This document shows, piece by piece, positions 18,892 through 27,543 of a stretch of 64,000 nt of DNA. The position numbers and the translations under genes are program-made. The first letter of the stretch is position 1. Each line of letters starts with the position of its first letter. The notes beneath the pieces are model-generated. The model was not told where the DNA came from and made no database searches. It saw nothing but the letters and a program-made list of their open reading frames with translations. This DNA is from an uncultured delta proteobacterium (GTDB taxonomy: Bacteria > Desulfobacterota > Desulfobacteria > Desulfobacterales > B30-G6), in assembly GCA_963823335.1 (NCBI GenBank), contig CAWGLD010000001.1, positions 1,504,001 to 1,568,000 of the forward strand. The letters run 5' to 3'.

Positions 18892-19566
18892 TTATTCGGG
18901 CGCATCATCCAACCGTAATATGTCGACACCCTGGGGTATCGTAAAAGTAAAGAAAGCGTCCTCAAACGATTCATTGAACTGCGGGTCCACCAGCTCTATG
19001 CGGGTGACGTCCTCATAGGCATTGTAGGTGAAAACCTGAGCGATGTGAAATGTGGTTCTGGAAACCAGCAGGTGTACATAGGCAATGTCCCAGTTTGTTT
19101 CCAGAGGCACCAGTTTCAGGTTGTAATAATCGCCGAACCGGATATCTTCCAGGGTTATGTCGAAATCCTTTCTGAGCAGACGGATGTCGGAAAGAAATCC
19201 CGCACCCTTGCCCTCACTGAAAAAAGTGGATGCCTGTCCCAGCATGACCTGGTTGTCCTCGGGTCGGTACATCCACAGCTGAATGCCATCGGTTACGATG
19301 AGTTGTGATTCCGGCTTCATGTATTCCCATCTCATCTTTCCGGGGTACTGGACATAAAGTTTTCCTGAGGCCGAATCTGTTATTTCCATGGCTTTGATGG
19401 TTGATGCCTGAATAAAGGCGGCTGAAAAATTGGAGGCTGTATAGATTTTTTCCACGCGTTCCAGGATCTCGTCAATGGACATGGCGGGTAGTGCCGCCTC
19501 TTCCGAAAGGGCGGAAAAAGGGAGCACTATCGTCAAGATGATTAGAATAAGGTGTCTTAAGCTCAT
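18892..19566 (-). CDS. lolA: Outer-membrane lipoprotein carrier protein
   Basis: Signal peptide; FSA.F.Q, PGKMRWEY..P..QLIVTDG..LW.Y.P...QV and F.F.IP.GVDI. Confidence 0.88.
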   Translation of the reverse strand: MSLRHLILIILTIVLPFSALSEEAALPAMSIDEILERVEKIYTASNFSAAFIQASTIKAMEITDSASGKLYVQYPGKMRWEYMKPESQLIVTDGIQLWMYRPEDNQVMLGQASTFFSEGKGAGFLSDIRLLRKDFDITLEDIRFGDYYNLKLVPLETNWDIAYVHLLVSRTTFHIAQVFTYNAYEDVTRIELVDPQFNESFEDAFFTFTIPQGVDILRLDDAPE

Positions 19567-19660
19567 ACGTAATTCTCCTAATAAAATCGTTACACGATTT
19601 TATCTGACGCGGCTTCGCCGCATATGATACATATCCAGCCCTTTCGGGGCGGATATCTAT

Positions 19661-20491
19661 TTACATGCTCCTGCCGAATAAGGCAAGACAGATATCATCC
19701 ACAAAGGCCACCTGAAGAAGGAGGACCTGTTTGTCCATGTGTGGTATTCGGATGCCATGTGCCATAAGCGTTTCGATCGTATGCTCGCGACGATAGGTCT
19801 CAAAGCGGTCATTTTGCTGGAGGTGTCTCAGGCATCTTTGCTTGTGCTGTGTGAGCGAGTGAAACAGATCGGCATCCTTTTGGGATTCTTCCAGGAATCG
19901 CAGTAAAAAAAAGATATATTCGTCGAATCTGCCGCTGCGGGGTTCCATCTTCAGAAAGAGATCCTTTATAAATAAAATGTCACGCTCATGGAGATCCATA
20001 ACCATGTTGCGAAGCCATACCTTGTATTTTCGGCCTTGTTTTTTCCCGGTGGTACGGTCGATCACCCTTATGAGCTCAGGATCCAGATGTCTGGTGATAT
20101 TGAGTCGCGCCAGAAACGCCCGGGCACCGCTTTCCAGTGTTTGTACGGTCAGAACAGATTGCAGACCTTCGAAACGAATAAGAGTTTTTCCCCGGCAGGA
20201 CAATAAGTGCTCCAGAATGGTCTGTTGGTCCTTTTCCTGAAAGACTTCCGATTCGAGTCGCTCTTCCAGTTTCAACTGGATGGATTCGTCCGGAAAATAT
20301 ATCAGTTCGATGAGAGAATCGCATTCGCAATTAGACGGATCGGTCAGGAGAGTTTCCAGTTCATGGATGTCGGAAATGAAAAACGTCGAAAGGATGAAGT
20401 GCTGACTTTTCTGGCTGACATGCAGCCCTTCCTGGAAAATAGACTGGATGGACAAAGCGAATTTTTGGCATTTTGAACTGGCATCAGGCAT
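19661..20491 (-). CDS. Hypothetical protein
   Basis: Long ORF whose start overlaps the lgt stop (ATGCCTGA). Confidence 0.75.
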   Translation of the reverse strand: MPDASSKCQKFALSIQSIFQEGLHVSQKSQHFILSTFFISDIHELETLLTDPSNCECDSLIELIYFPDESIQLKLEERLESEVFQEKDQQTILEHLLSCRGKTLIRFEGLQSVLTVQTLESGARAFLARLNITRHLDPELIRVIDRTTGKKQGRKYKVWLRNMVMDLHERDILFIKDLFLKMEPRSGRFDEYIFFLLRFLEESQKDADLFHSLTQHKQRCLRHLQQNDRFETYRREHTIETLMAHGIRIPHMDKQVLLLQVAFVDDICLALFGRSM

Positions 20492-21317
20492 GCTTGGCCC
20501 GATAAAGAAAAAGCAGCGCACCACAAAAAATCATGGCAGCGCAAAGTAACTGTCCCATGGTAAGCGACAGGAAGACAAGACCTATATGTGCGTCTGGTTC
20601 GCGGAAAAACTCGATGAAAAACCGCACAATACCGTAACCGGCCAGATATATGGCAAACAGGCCTCCCACAGGCAATTTTATTTTCCTGATGGACCACAAG
20701 AAGATAAAGAGAAAGACACCTTCAAAAAAAGCCTCGTAAAGCTGGGTCGGATGACGCAAGGCCACACCCGGAGCACCGGGAAAAAACATGCCGATGGCTC
20801 TTTGGGTGGTTCTACCGTAAAGTTCGGTGTTGATGAAATTTCCCAGTCGTCCAAAGGTATAGCCCAGAGGGATGACGGGGATGAAAAGATCCGAGATCTC
20901 CCAGAAACCCAAACGGGCTTTTCTGCAGTACCACGTGGTAGCCAGGATGACACCGATGAGTCCGCCATGATAGCTCATGCCGGCGATGCCCACGAACCGG
21001 ATTCCATTGGAAAAATCAAAAGGCAGCAGGATTTCAAGTGGGTGCGACAGGTAGTAGGACAGATTGTAAAACAGCACGTACCCGAGCCGAGCACCGAGAA
21101 TCAGGCCGACAATCATGGCGGTCATGAGATCGTTGAGCTGCTGTCCGGAAACCTGAAAACGATCTTCTGTGCGAAGACGATAGCGGACCATGAAATAGAC
21201 GATGGTAAATGCCACCACATACATCATACCGTAATAGCGCAATGATATGGGCCCGATTTCAAAAATAACCGGGGATATATTTTCGGGAAGATGTTGCCAC
21301 CAGTGTTTAAAAGCCAT
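20484..21317 (-). CDS. lgt: Prolipoprotein diacylglyceryl transferase
   Basis: RYYGMMY, GARLGYVLFY, GMSYHGG, GRLGNFIN.ELYGR, RHPTQLYE and RFFIEFFREPD. Confidence 0.97.
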   Translation of the reverse strand: MAFKHWWQHLPENISPVIFEIGPISLRYYGMMYVVAFTIVYFMVRYRLRTEDRFQVSGQQLNDLMTAMIVGLILGARLGYVLFYNLSYYLSHPLEILLPFDFSNGIRFVGIAGMSYHGGLIGVILATTWYCRKARLGFWEISDLFIPVIPLGYTFGRLGNFINTELYGRTTQRAIGMFFPGAPGVALRHPTQLYEAFFEGVFLFIFLWSIRKIKLPVGGLFAIYLAGYGIVRFFIEFFREPDAHIGLVFLSLTMGQLLCAAMIFCGALLFLYRAKHA

Positions 21318-21355
21318 GATAATGTATTATCGTAATTCAATTGAGAATAAAAGCA

Positions 21356-21391
21356 GTAAAAAAGGTGGCAGGTTTCTGCCACCTTTTTTAC
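21356..21391. terminator. Bidirectional-type intrinsic terminator
   Basis: GTAAAAAAGGTGGCAG-GTTT-CTGCCACCTTTTTTAC perfect hairpin. Confidence 0.8.
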
Positions 21392-21440
21392 TGCGACAAC
21401 GTCGCGATTTGCAGCGTCGTATAACGAATGTATTGGTTTT

Positions 21441-21516
21441 GGGAACCGTAACAGCGAGCGTATTTCCTGCAGGTTCTGCCGTGCGGCAGTGCTTCGCATG
21501 CTGCGAGCTTCTTCAA
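21441..21516 (+). repeat. TTGAA...TTCAA mini-element, short form (copy B)
   Basis: GAACCGTAACAGCGAGCG...GGTTCTGCCGTGCGGCAGTGCTTCGCATGCTGCGAGCTTCTTCAA. Confidence 0.85.
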
Positions 21517-21983
21517 TTTCCCTGTTTCATTGCGCCTTTTCGCTGCTGCTGCATGGATTGCCGATAGGTCCTGATCTTCTGAAATCGCTCGGGTCCCAGT
21601 ACCTTTCTTATCTGGATATAATACTGGAACCTTTCCCGGGAAAGATCTGCTCTGACTGATTCGAGTTTGTTGAACTGGGCCATGAGAGCGGGTTCGTCCA
21701 GCGTCCTGCCTTCCATTATGCTATTTAATTCAAACTGTTCCAGCTCGATGGCGTGCTTCAACTCCATGAACTTTCGGGCCCGGGTGTTGAACGCCGTATC
21801 CAGTGTGTCGATCTCTTCCTGGGTGAGGTTCAGATCTCTGACACCGGCAGGGTTCTGCCACCATTTTCCCAAGGGTATTCTGTCATGATTTTTGGGCCCT
21901 CCGGCCATCCCTTGGGCAGCCACTGCCAAGGATGTAAAGACCAGCAGCACGACAGTCATTACCACGGAAATGTGCTTCAACAT
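21513..21983 (-). CDS. Periplasmic Spy/CpxP/ZraP-like protein
   Basis: Signal peptide; KWW, LNLTQEE ... VLGPERF (LTxxQ-like motifs); helical. Confidence 0.75.
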   Translation of the reverse strand: MLKHISVVMTVVLLVFTSLAVAAQGMAGGPKNHDRIPLGKWWQNPAGVRDLNLTQEEIDTLDTAFNTRARKFMELKHAIELEQFELNSIMEGRTLDEPALMAQFNKLESVRADLSRERFQYYIQIRKVLGPERFQKIRTYRQSMQQQRKGAMKQGN

Positions 21984-22537
21984 AAAATTTCTCCTTTCTT
22001 CCCCGCTATGTTGGACAGGGGATCGTTTTCAGTTGTCGGTACGATGTACTCCATAAAATCTTCATCAGGGTCGATCTCGGCAATCGAGATCATGGTTTGA
22101 AATTCTTGTGGTAAGGGGTTTTCAATCAGCCTGTCGATGTCGGACAGGAGTTGTTCGGGGTCGATCATTTGTTCCTGCACAAGGGTCACATGCCTGTCCT
22201 GATCAGGTTTTAGAACAAGGGCGGCCGTGGCGACGATCAGGACCAGCAGCGCAGGAACCGCTATCCGCACCAGGGGTCTGACTCCCAGAAACCATCCCGG
22301 CCGTAAACCCGGTCGGCTGTCCGGCAAAACAGGGCGGCTCATCACGGCGGGCGCTGATGTCCTGGCCATATTTCCTAACTGAAGAAGCATTTTTTCCAGG
22401 CGGCTTTTTTCAGCCATACATGCACCACAGGATGCCAGATGTGCTTGCTGAGCATGCGATAGCTCGGAGAGGTCCACAATGGCCCGCAGGATCTGCGCTT
22501 CTGCCAGATGTTTTTTGGATGTGGCGGTCAAATTCAT
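21977..22537 (-). CDS. Putative zinc-binding anti-sigma factor
   Basis: HLASCGAC (HxxxCxxC) motif and one TM helix; start overlaps the ECF sigma stop. Confidence 0.75.
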   Translation of the reverse strand: MNLTATSKKHLAEAQILRAIVDLSELSHAQQAHLASCGACMAEKSRLEKMLLQLGNMARTSAPAVMSRPVLPDSRPGLRPGWFLGVRPLVRIAVPALLVLIVATAALVLKPDQDRHVTLVQEQMIDPEQLLSDIDRLIENPLPQEFQTMISIAEIDPDEDFMEYIVPTTENDPLSNIAGKKGEILC

Positions 22538-23151
22538 TCTCCTTTTAGAAAGTCTTGAAAAGCCCGGTCTTTTTTAAATTTGGACAGAGCCCGATACAGA
22601 TGTGTCTTGACGGTGCTTTCACCTTTATTCAAGGCCCTTGCAATTTCATTGAGTTGCAGCTGATCCATGAACCGCAGCATGAAAACCTGCTTTTCCATTC
22701 TAGAGAGTCTGGAAAGAAACATTTCGGATTCCTGAAGAAATCGTTTGCGGATCAAAACGTCGAGGGGGTCTGATGCGGTGGCCGTCTGAGTGTCGACATG
22801 GGCATCCGCCTCATCATTGGGCATACTCTTGAACAGGTGCAAAAACTTCTTTCGTCGATGATAGTCGTTTACACGATTGACAGCGATCCGAAAGAGCCAG
22901 CCTTTGAAGTGAGCTTCGTCTGTCAAGCGTCCCAAGCCTTTGTAGGCTTTCAGAAAGACTTCCTGGGTCAGGTCCTCGGCATCCATGCGACGCTGGGTTC
23001 GGTAATAGATCATGCGAAAAATATCTCCGTAATACAGGCCTGCCAGCTGTTCAAAAGCCTGCCTGCTGCCTTTTTTTGCCATTTTTACCCAGGTCATCTC
23101 CTGTTGGGTTTCCGGTGAGACCGAGCTGATTTCTATTTCTGCTTTTTGCAT
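22534..23151 (-). CDS. ECF RNA polymerase sigma-70 factor
   Basis: AFEQL, DAEDLTQEVFLKAY, FKGWLFRIAVN and EIARAL...STVKTHLYRA; the longer track ORF runs into the MITE. Confidence 0.92.
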   Translation of the reverse strand: MQKAEIEISSVSPETQQEMTWVKMAKKGSRQAFEQLAGLYYGDIFRMIYYRTQRRMDAEDLTQEVFLKAYKGLGRLTDEAHFKGWLFRIAVNRVNDYHRRKKFLHLFKSMPNDEADAHVDTQTATASDPLDVLIRKRFLQESEMFLSRLSRMEKQVFMLRFMDQLQLNEIARALNKGESTVKTHLYRALSKFKKDRAFQDFLKGE

Positions 23152-23228
23152 CAAATTTATATTCCAGGAGAGACTGAACAAGCCCTTTGATGTGTTAGGA
23201 CGTGTTGGTGGAAAAAAAAGTCTACAAA

Positions 23229-23399
23229 TAGAACCTATCTCAAAAATGTCTTTTGTCCCAATCTCTGTGTTGCTCTCTCGTTTCAACTCCTCAAAATACA
23301 AAAGTATTCCTGCGGGCTGAAACTTGAGATCGCCTTGATTTGACGAAGATCCCGCTCTTTTTGCGGGGGAACAAAATCCTATTTTTGAGATGGCTTCTA
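23229..23399. mobile_element. MITE-like element, 171 bp, 19 bp imperfect TIRs, TA at both ends
   Basis: Left TAGAACCTATCTCAAAAAT; right-end reverse complement TAGAAGCCATCTCAAAAAT (17/19); partial second copy at 2222-2286. Confidence 0.8.
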
Positions 23400-23479
23400 T
23401 ATTATATGGGCTTCAGGATTGACGAAACTTTCAATTGTGAATATATCTGAACCTTATAAATACAGACAGGAATTGCCAA

Positions 23480-24559
23480 GTGAAAACCATTCATACCACC
23501 ATTGTCGGTGATGCCGGTGATATGACAGACGTCCCTTCCGAGTCCGTCGATCTGGTGGTGACATCGCCTCCATATCCCATGATTCGTATGTGGGACGATC
23601 TCTTCTGCCGTCAGAACTCCTCCATTCGCAGGCACCTGGACGCTTCAGAGGGAATGGCCGCCTTTGAATTGATGCACCGGGAACTGGACAGGGTCTGGGA
23701 CGAGGTCTTCAGGGTATTGAAAACCAGTGGATTTGCCTGCATCAACATGGGTGATGCCACTCGCAAACTGGGGCATGATTTCTGTCTCTATCCCAATCAC
23801 GCCCGTGTTCTCCAAAGACTGACAAACATGGGTTTGCAGGTGCTGCCGGATATCCTGTGGCGCAAACAGAGCAATGCCCCCAACAAGTTCATGGGCTCCG
23901 GAATGCTGCCGGCCGGTGCCTACGTGACACTGGAGCACGAATACATCCTCGTGATACGCAAAGGTTCGAAAAGATGTTTCGATACCAGCGAAGAAAAGGA
24001 GCGTCGTCGGGAGAGCGCCATTTTCTGGGAAGAACGGAATCAGTTCTTTTCGGATATCTGGATGGACCTGAAAGGGGCGGGGCAGGCATTGAAACAGGGG
24101 GAATCCCGCGCCAGAAGCGCGGCCTTTCCCTTTGAACTGGCCTATCGGCTCATCTGTATGTATTCCATCCAACAGGATGTCATCCTGGACCCTTTTTTAG
24201 GCACCGGCACCACCCAGGCTGCGGCCGCCGCTGCCTGCCGCAGCAGCATCGGTATCGAGATGGATGCCTCGCTGTTAGCGGCTATTGGAAAATGGCCGCA
24301 CGATATTGTCGTCTTTGCCAATCAATATCACGACCGACGGCTTGCCAGACACATGGATTTTGTCAATGACCGCATTGCCGGGAATAAATCACTGAAATAT
24401 CGGAATCGGTTTTATGGTTTTCCCGTGATGACCTCCCAGGAGACCGATCTTCATATCCACAAACTTGAAAAAACCATCGATTTGGATGAAAACAGGATTG
24501 AGGTGCACTACGCCGGGAAACCCCATCTTAAAGACGAACGTCCAACATCGAACACGTAA
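23480..24559 (+). CDS. Site-specific DNA methyltransferase (N4-C/N6-A, beta-class motif order), no adjacent REase
   Basis: VDLVVTSPPY precedes VILDPFLGTGTT; A.FP.EL motif. Confidence 0.9.
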   Translation: MKTIHTTIVGDAGDMTDVPSESVDLVVTSPPYPMIRMWDDLFCRQNSSIRRHLDASEGMAAFELMHRELDRVWDEVFRVLKTSGFACINMGDATRKLGHDFCLYPNHARVLQRLTNMGLQVLPDILWRKQSNAPNKFMGSGMLPAGAYVTLEHEYILVIRKGSKRCFDTSEEKERRRESAIFWEERNQFFSDIWMDLKGAGQALKQGESRARSAAFPFELAYRLICMYSIQQDVILDPFLGTGTTQAAAAAACRSSIGIEMDASLLAAIGKWPHDIVVFANQYHDRRLARHMDFVNDRIAGNKSLKYRNRFYGFPVMTSQETDLHIHKLEKTIDLDENRIEVHYAGKPHLKDERPTSNT

Positions 24560-24618
24560 CATCGAACATCGAATGAAAAAGATCATATGTAATGCTGGGC
24601 GTTCGATGTTCATTCGTT
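24535..24618. repeat. Degenerate 7-mer inverted repeat
   Basis: (AACATCG)n ... GTTCGATGTTC; overlaps the MTase 3' end. Confidence 0.6.
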
Positions 24619-24664
24619 TCTTTGTACCCCGTTATTGCAGGGGAACAAGAGATTCTGATTTATC

Positions 24665-25801
24665 CTATTCAGTTTTTTGGGATAGATAAGCTTCCAGACG
24701 TTTGCCTGTTGCCAGGCCGATGTCCATGGCGGCTTCGATCACGGCGTTTTGGGCTGCCACCTCTTTCGAACTTGCAAATGCCTTGGAATCATTGCCTCCG
24801 CCGGTAATGGTGTTGGAAGTCCACAGATCTTCAATGCCGTATGTGTAAGAGGCAATGTACTGAAATTGATCCCAGATTTTCTTTCCTTGATACAGCACGA
24901 TCGTTGCTGTAAGTCTGAACCGGGTTGCGTCGATGGCTGGGTTCAATTCGAAATCATGACCTGATATGGTTTTGGCAAAGGCGCCATTAAAGGCTGCTAC
25001 GTAAGGGATATCGCCATTCAGATTGATCGTTCGTGATCGTTTATCCAGAACCTGTCGCTTCAGGCTGACTGCCGCCGAGAGGGTCTGGGTATCCTGGATG
25101 TCTGGGTGGTTTAACCCAACATCGTCGGAAATTCCGGATAGAAGGGTTTGGGCCCGGCTGATATTTTCAAATGCCGCCATGGGCTGGTTCCGGTCGAGTT
25201 GTACCAGCGCATTCTGGTACAGTGCCAGCGCAAGGGTGCCATCTCTTTGCGCAGTTTCCGTCTGGCGCTCCTTTTCTTTCCGGGCAGAGGCCTTGGGGAA
25301 TCGGCACAACACATAAACGGCATATGTTTCTTCATAAAAATTACCTGCTGTGCGGCTTGTCTTGACATAATATTCATCCGTAACCTCCAGGAAGGAGATA
25401 CTGGCGTCGGTGGATGATCGGGTCTGCTCATTTACAAATGTGCTGGATTGTGCGGTGCTGTCTTGGATAAAGGTGTCGGTACTGATCCGGATACCGATAT
25501 AGGAAGATGCCTGGTTGGCTGCATCCTGCCGAGCCTGGTCCCGGCCTTCTTTCAAGGATTTGGCGCGGTCGGTGAGACCCACAAAATAGAGGTATTCGGG
25601 ATGGGTGACCGCCTGGGACATCCATGCCGGTGGACCGGAATTCCTCGATTCTTCCTTCACAATGAGCTGTTTTGGACCGCCGCATCCAACGGCGACAAGC
25701 ACGATCAAGGTAAAAAGGGTCCTAAGATGTCGGGATGTTTTGATTTCAGGGGCCCTATAGCTGTTCCCTGAGTTTTTTCTTTTCTGATTTAAGCTTTTCA
25801 A
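24665..25801 (-). CDS. LPP20-like lipoprotein
   Basis: Lipobox VAVGC; P.W...Y.YFVG...A...A motif. Confidence 0.65.
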   Translation of the reverse strand: MKSLNQKRKNSGNSYRAPEIKTSRHLRTLFTLIVLVAVGCGGPKQLIVKEESRNSGPPAWMSQAVTHPEYLYFVGLTDRAKSLKEGRDQARQDAANQASSYIGIRISTDTFIQDSTAQSSTFVNEQTRSSTDASISFLEVTDEYYVKTSRTAGNFYEETYAVYVLCRFPKASARKEKERQTETAQRDGTLALALYQNALVQLDRNQPMAAFENISRAQTLLSGISDDVGLNHPDIQDTQTLSAAVSLKRQVLDKRSRTINLNGDIPYVAAFNGAFAKTISGHDFELNPAIDATRFRLTATIVLYQGKKIWDQFQYIASYTYGIEDLWTSNTITGGGNDSKAFASSKEVAAQNAVIEAAMDIGLATGKRLEAYLSQKTE

Positions 25802-26756
25802 TATTCTTCAACTCCTGCAGGTAGTCTGCATCGGATGACAAGGCAAATGCTTTCTTGATGCACATCTCGGCATCCTCGAATTGCGCGGTGTATTCGTATG
25901 CCAGTCCCAGGTTCCAGTAAGCCAGTGCAGCCACTTTGGGAGATATGTCCGGGTTGGTGTCTGCCATTTCAACGGCCGACTTGAACTGCAACAGGGCATC
26001 ATTCCAAAGACCTGCCTGAGCGTAACTGATCCCGGTCTCCATCATGGGCAGGTCTCCATCTTTCTTGAAATTGGCGGTGACAACATCTTTCCAGGGAGCG
26101 ATTGCCCGTATGAGATCTGTGGCCACTTCCTTCACACAGATATCCAGCAGCAAATTGCTGTCAATTCTTGCGGGTTGTTCATTCATGGCACTGGTTCCCT
26201 TGCCATGTTTGCTTTCAAGGGCTTTGGAGCGGAGGGTCTCGCCGGTTTCGATGTCGACAATGTCAAAAGATGCTCGCACAACAGCCATACCTTTTCGGTA
26301 GTATTGGGTACATTTGTATTTATATTCTTTCTTTTTGACCGTTTTGGTACACTCACGGATTTCCCTGCTCAGATTTTCCGTGTAGTTGTAATCAAGTATG
26401 TTGCCCATGATCAGGACGGACCCGGTCATGAGCTTTCCCAGTTTTTTTCTGCTGTCGTTATCGACGAGATCGGATGTGGACAATTTGAGCTCGGACATGA
26501 CCCTGTTCAGGTGTTTGCGGTCGATAACCTTGAAGTAACCGCTGTCCACCGCCTTTTGTTTGACGTAGGCACTCATTTTATCGGCCGCTGGTCCGGATAT
26601 CTGTCCCACTACCAGCTCATTTTTACCTTTGAGGTTGATTTCGGCCGGTCGCATCAAGGGCACCTTTACGCCCACGGTTGAACAGCCAAAAAGAAACAAA
26701 CAGGTGAGGGACAGCACAAGGGCAGGATTCAGGCTGAGTTGCAGGCTACGAGACAT
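25755..26756 (-). CDS. CsgG/HfaB-like lipoprotein with C-terminal TPR
   Basis: Lipobox LFGC; FKVIDR..L..V..EL, DIETGE and AYWNLGLAYE TPR. Confidence 0.7.
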   Translation of the reverse strand: MSRSLQLSLNPALVLSLTCLFLFGCSTVGVKVPLMRPAEINLKGKNELVVGQISGPAADKMSAYVKQKAVDSGYFKVIDRKHLNRVMSELKLSTSDLVDNDSRKKLGKLMTGSVLIMGNILDYNYTENLSREIRECTKTVKKKEYKYKCTQYYRKGMAVVRASFDIVDIETGETLRSKALESKHGKGTSAMNEQPARIDSNLLLDICVKEVATDLIRAIAPWKDVVTANFKKDGDLPMMETGISYAQAGLWNDALLQFKSAVEMADTNPDISPKVAALAYWNLGLAYEYTAQFEDAEMCIKKAFALSSDADYLQELKNIEKLKSEKKKLREQL

Positions 26757-26951
26757 GCGGATCCCCCTTTGTGTGATACATGAAGACTGCGAAAAGAACG
26801 GATATGGGAAATGTTCCGAAAAGGTGTTTGGTGCAGGCCTGCGCACCGTAGATGACCTTCCTGGTGCTTTGAGCGATTGGCCATTGAGTATCCTGCAGCA
26901 GGAACCTGCCGGAAAACAGGGATTGTCGATGCGACAATCCCATTGAGTTCC

Positions 26952-27027
26952 TGGTGGAGCTGAGGGGGCTCGAACCCCTGACCTCATGACTGCCAGTCAT
27001 GCGCTCTCCCAGCTGAGCTACAGCCCC
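26952..27027 (-). tRNA. tRNA-Ala(GGC)
   Basis: GGGGCTGTAGCTCAGCTGGGAGAGCGCATGACTGGCAGTCATGAGGTCAGGGGTTCGAGCCCCCTCAGCTCCACCA. Confidence 0.97.
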
Positions 27028-27143
27028 AATTGCATATGGCCACCTAACAAAAAGAAAAGGGCGTGTCAATAAAAACCGCGCGAGCGGACCCACCTTTTCA
27101 ATATAAATGCTTGGACATGGCATCAATTATTCGGGGTATGTAG

Positions 27144-27172
27144 TTGACAAATAGGAAATCAGAAAATAAACT
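27144..27172 (+). promoter_or_regulatory. Sigma-70 promoter candidate
   Basis: TTGACA-17 nt-TAAACT upstream of ORF 27281 and ppiD. Confidence 0.55.
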
Positions 27173-27280
27173 AGTACATTTCAGATTCTATGCCTGTTAT
27201 TTATGAAATCGTGTCGCGGTTTTATGACAGTTAATTGAACGGCTCAAGTATCAATCGTATCAAATTATATAGGGAGCCCG

Positions 27281-27529
27281 ATGGGACAAAACATTTACGG
27301 CAAGTACAGGGGCGGTGGAGGCACGCGGTCGTCCCAACCCAAAATGTTCGAGGATCTGGATGCAACGGAGCTCTATTGTGCTCGGTGCAAAATGGCTGTT
27401 CCGGTTCGAAAGCGGCTTCTGATCGTTCTCCCCGAAGGGGACAAATACGAGTATTTCTGTCCGTACTGTGCTGAAACGGTGGGCTTCAAGATCGATCGAA
27501 ACCAGCAGCAGACATCACTAATTGTTTAA
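27281..27529 (+). CDS. Small zinc-ribbon cytoplasmic protein
   Basis: LYCARCK...VRKRLL.VLPEG.KYEY.CPYC; GGGAG RBS. Confidence 0.75.
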   Translation: MGQNIYGKYRGGGGTRSSQPKMFEDLDATELYCARCKMAVPVRKRLLIVLPEGDKYEYFCPYCAETVGFKIDRNQQQTSLIV

Positions 27530-27543
27530 AGAGGTAAACGAGA

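Noticed and set aside
26746-27126. 126 aa ORF and the N-terminal extension of ORF 25755-26987
   Set aside because: Both overlap tRNA-Ala; the real lipoprotein start is at 26756.
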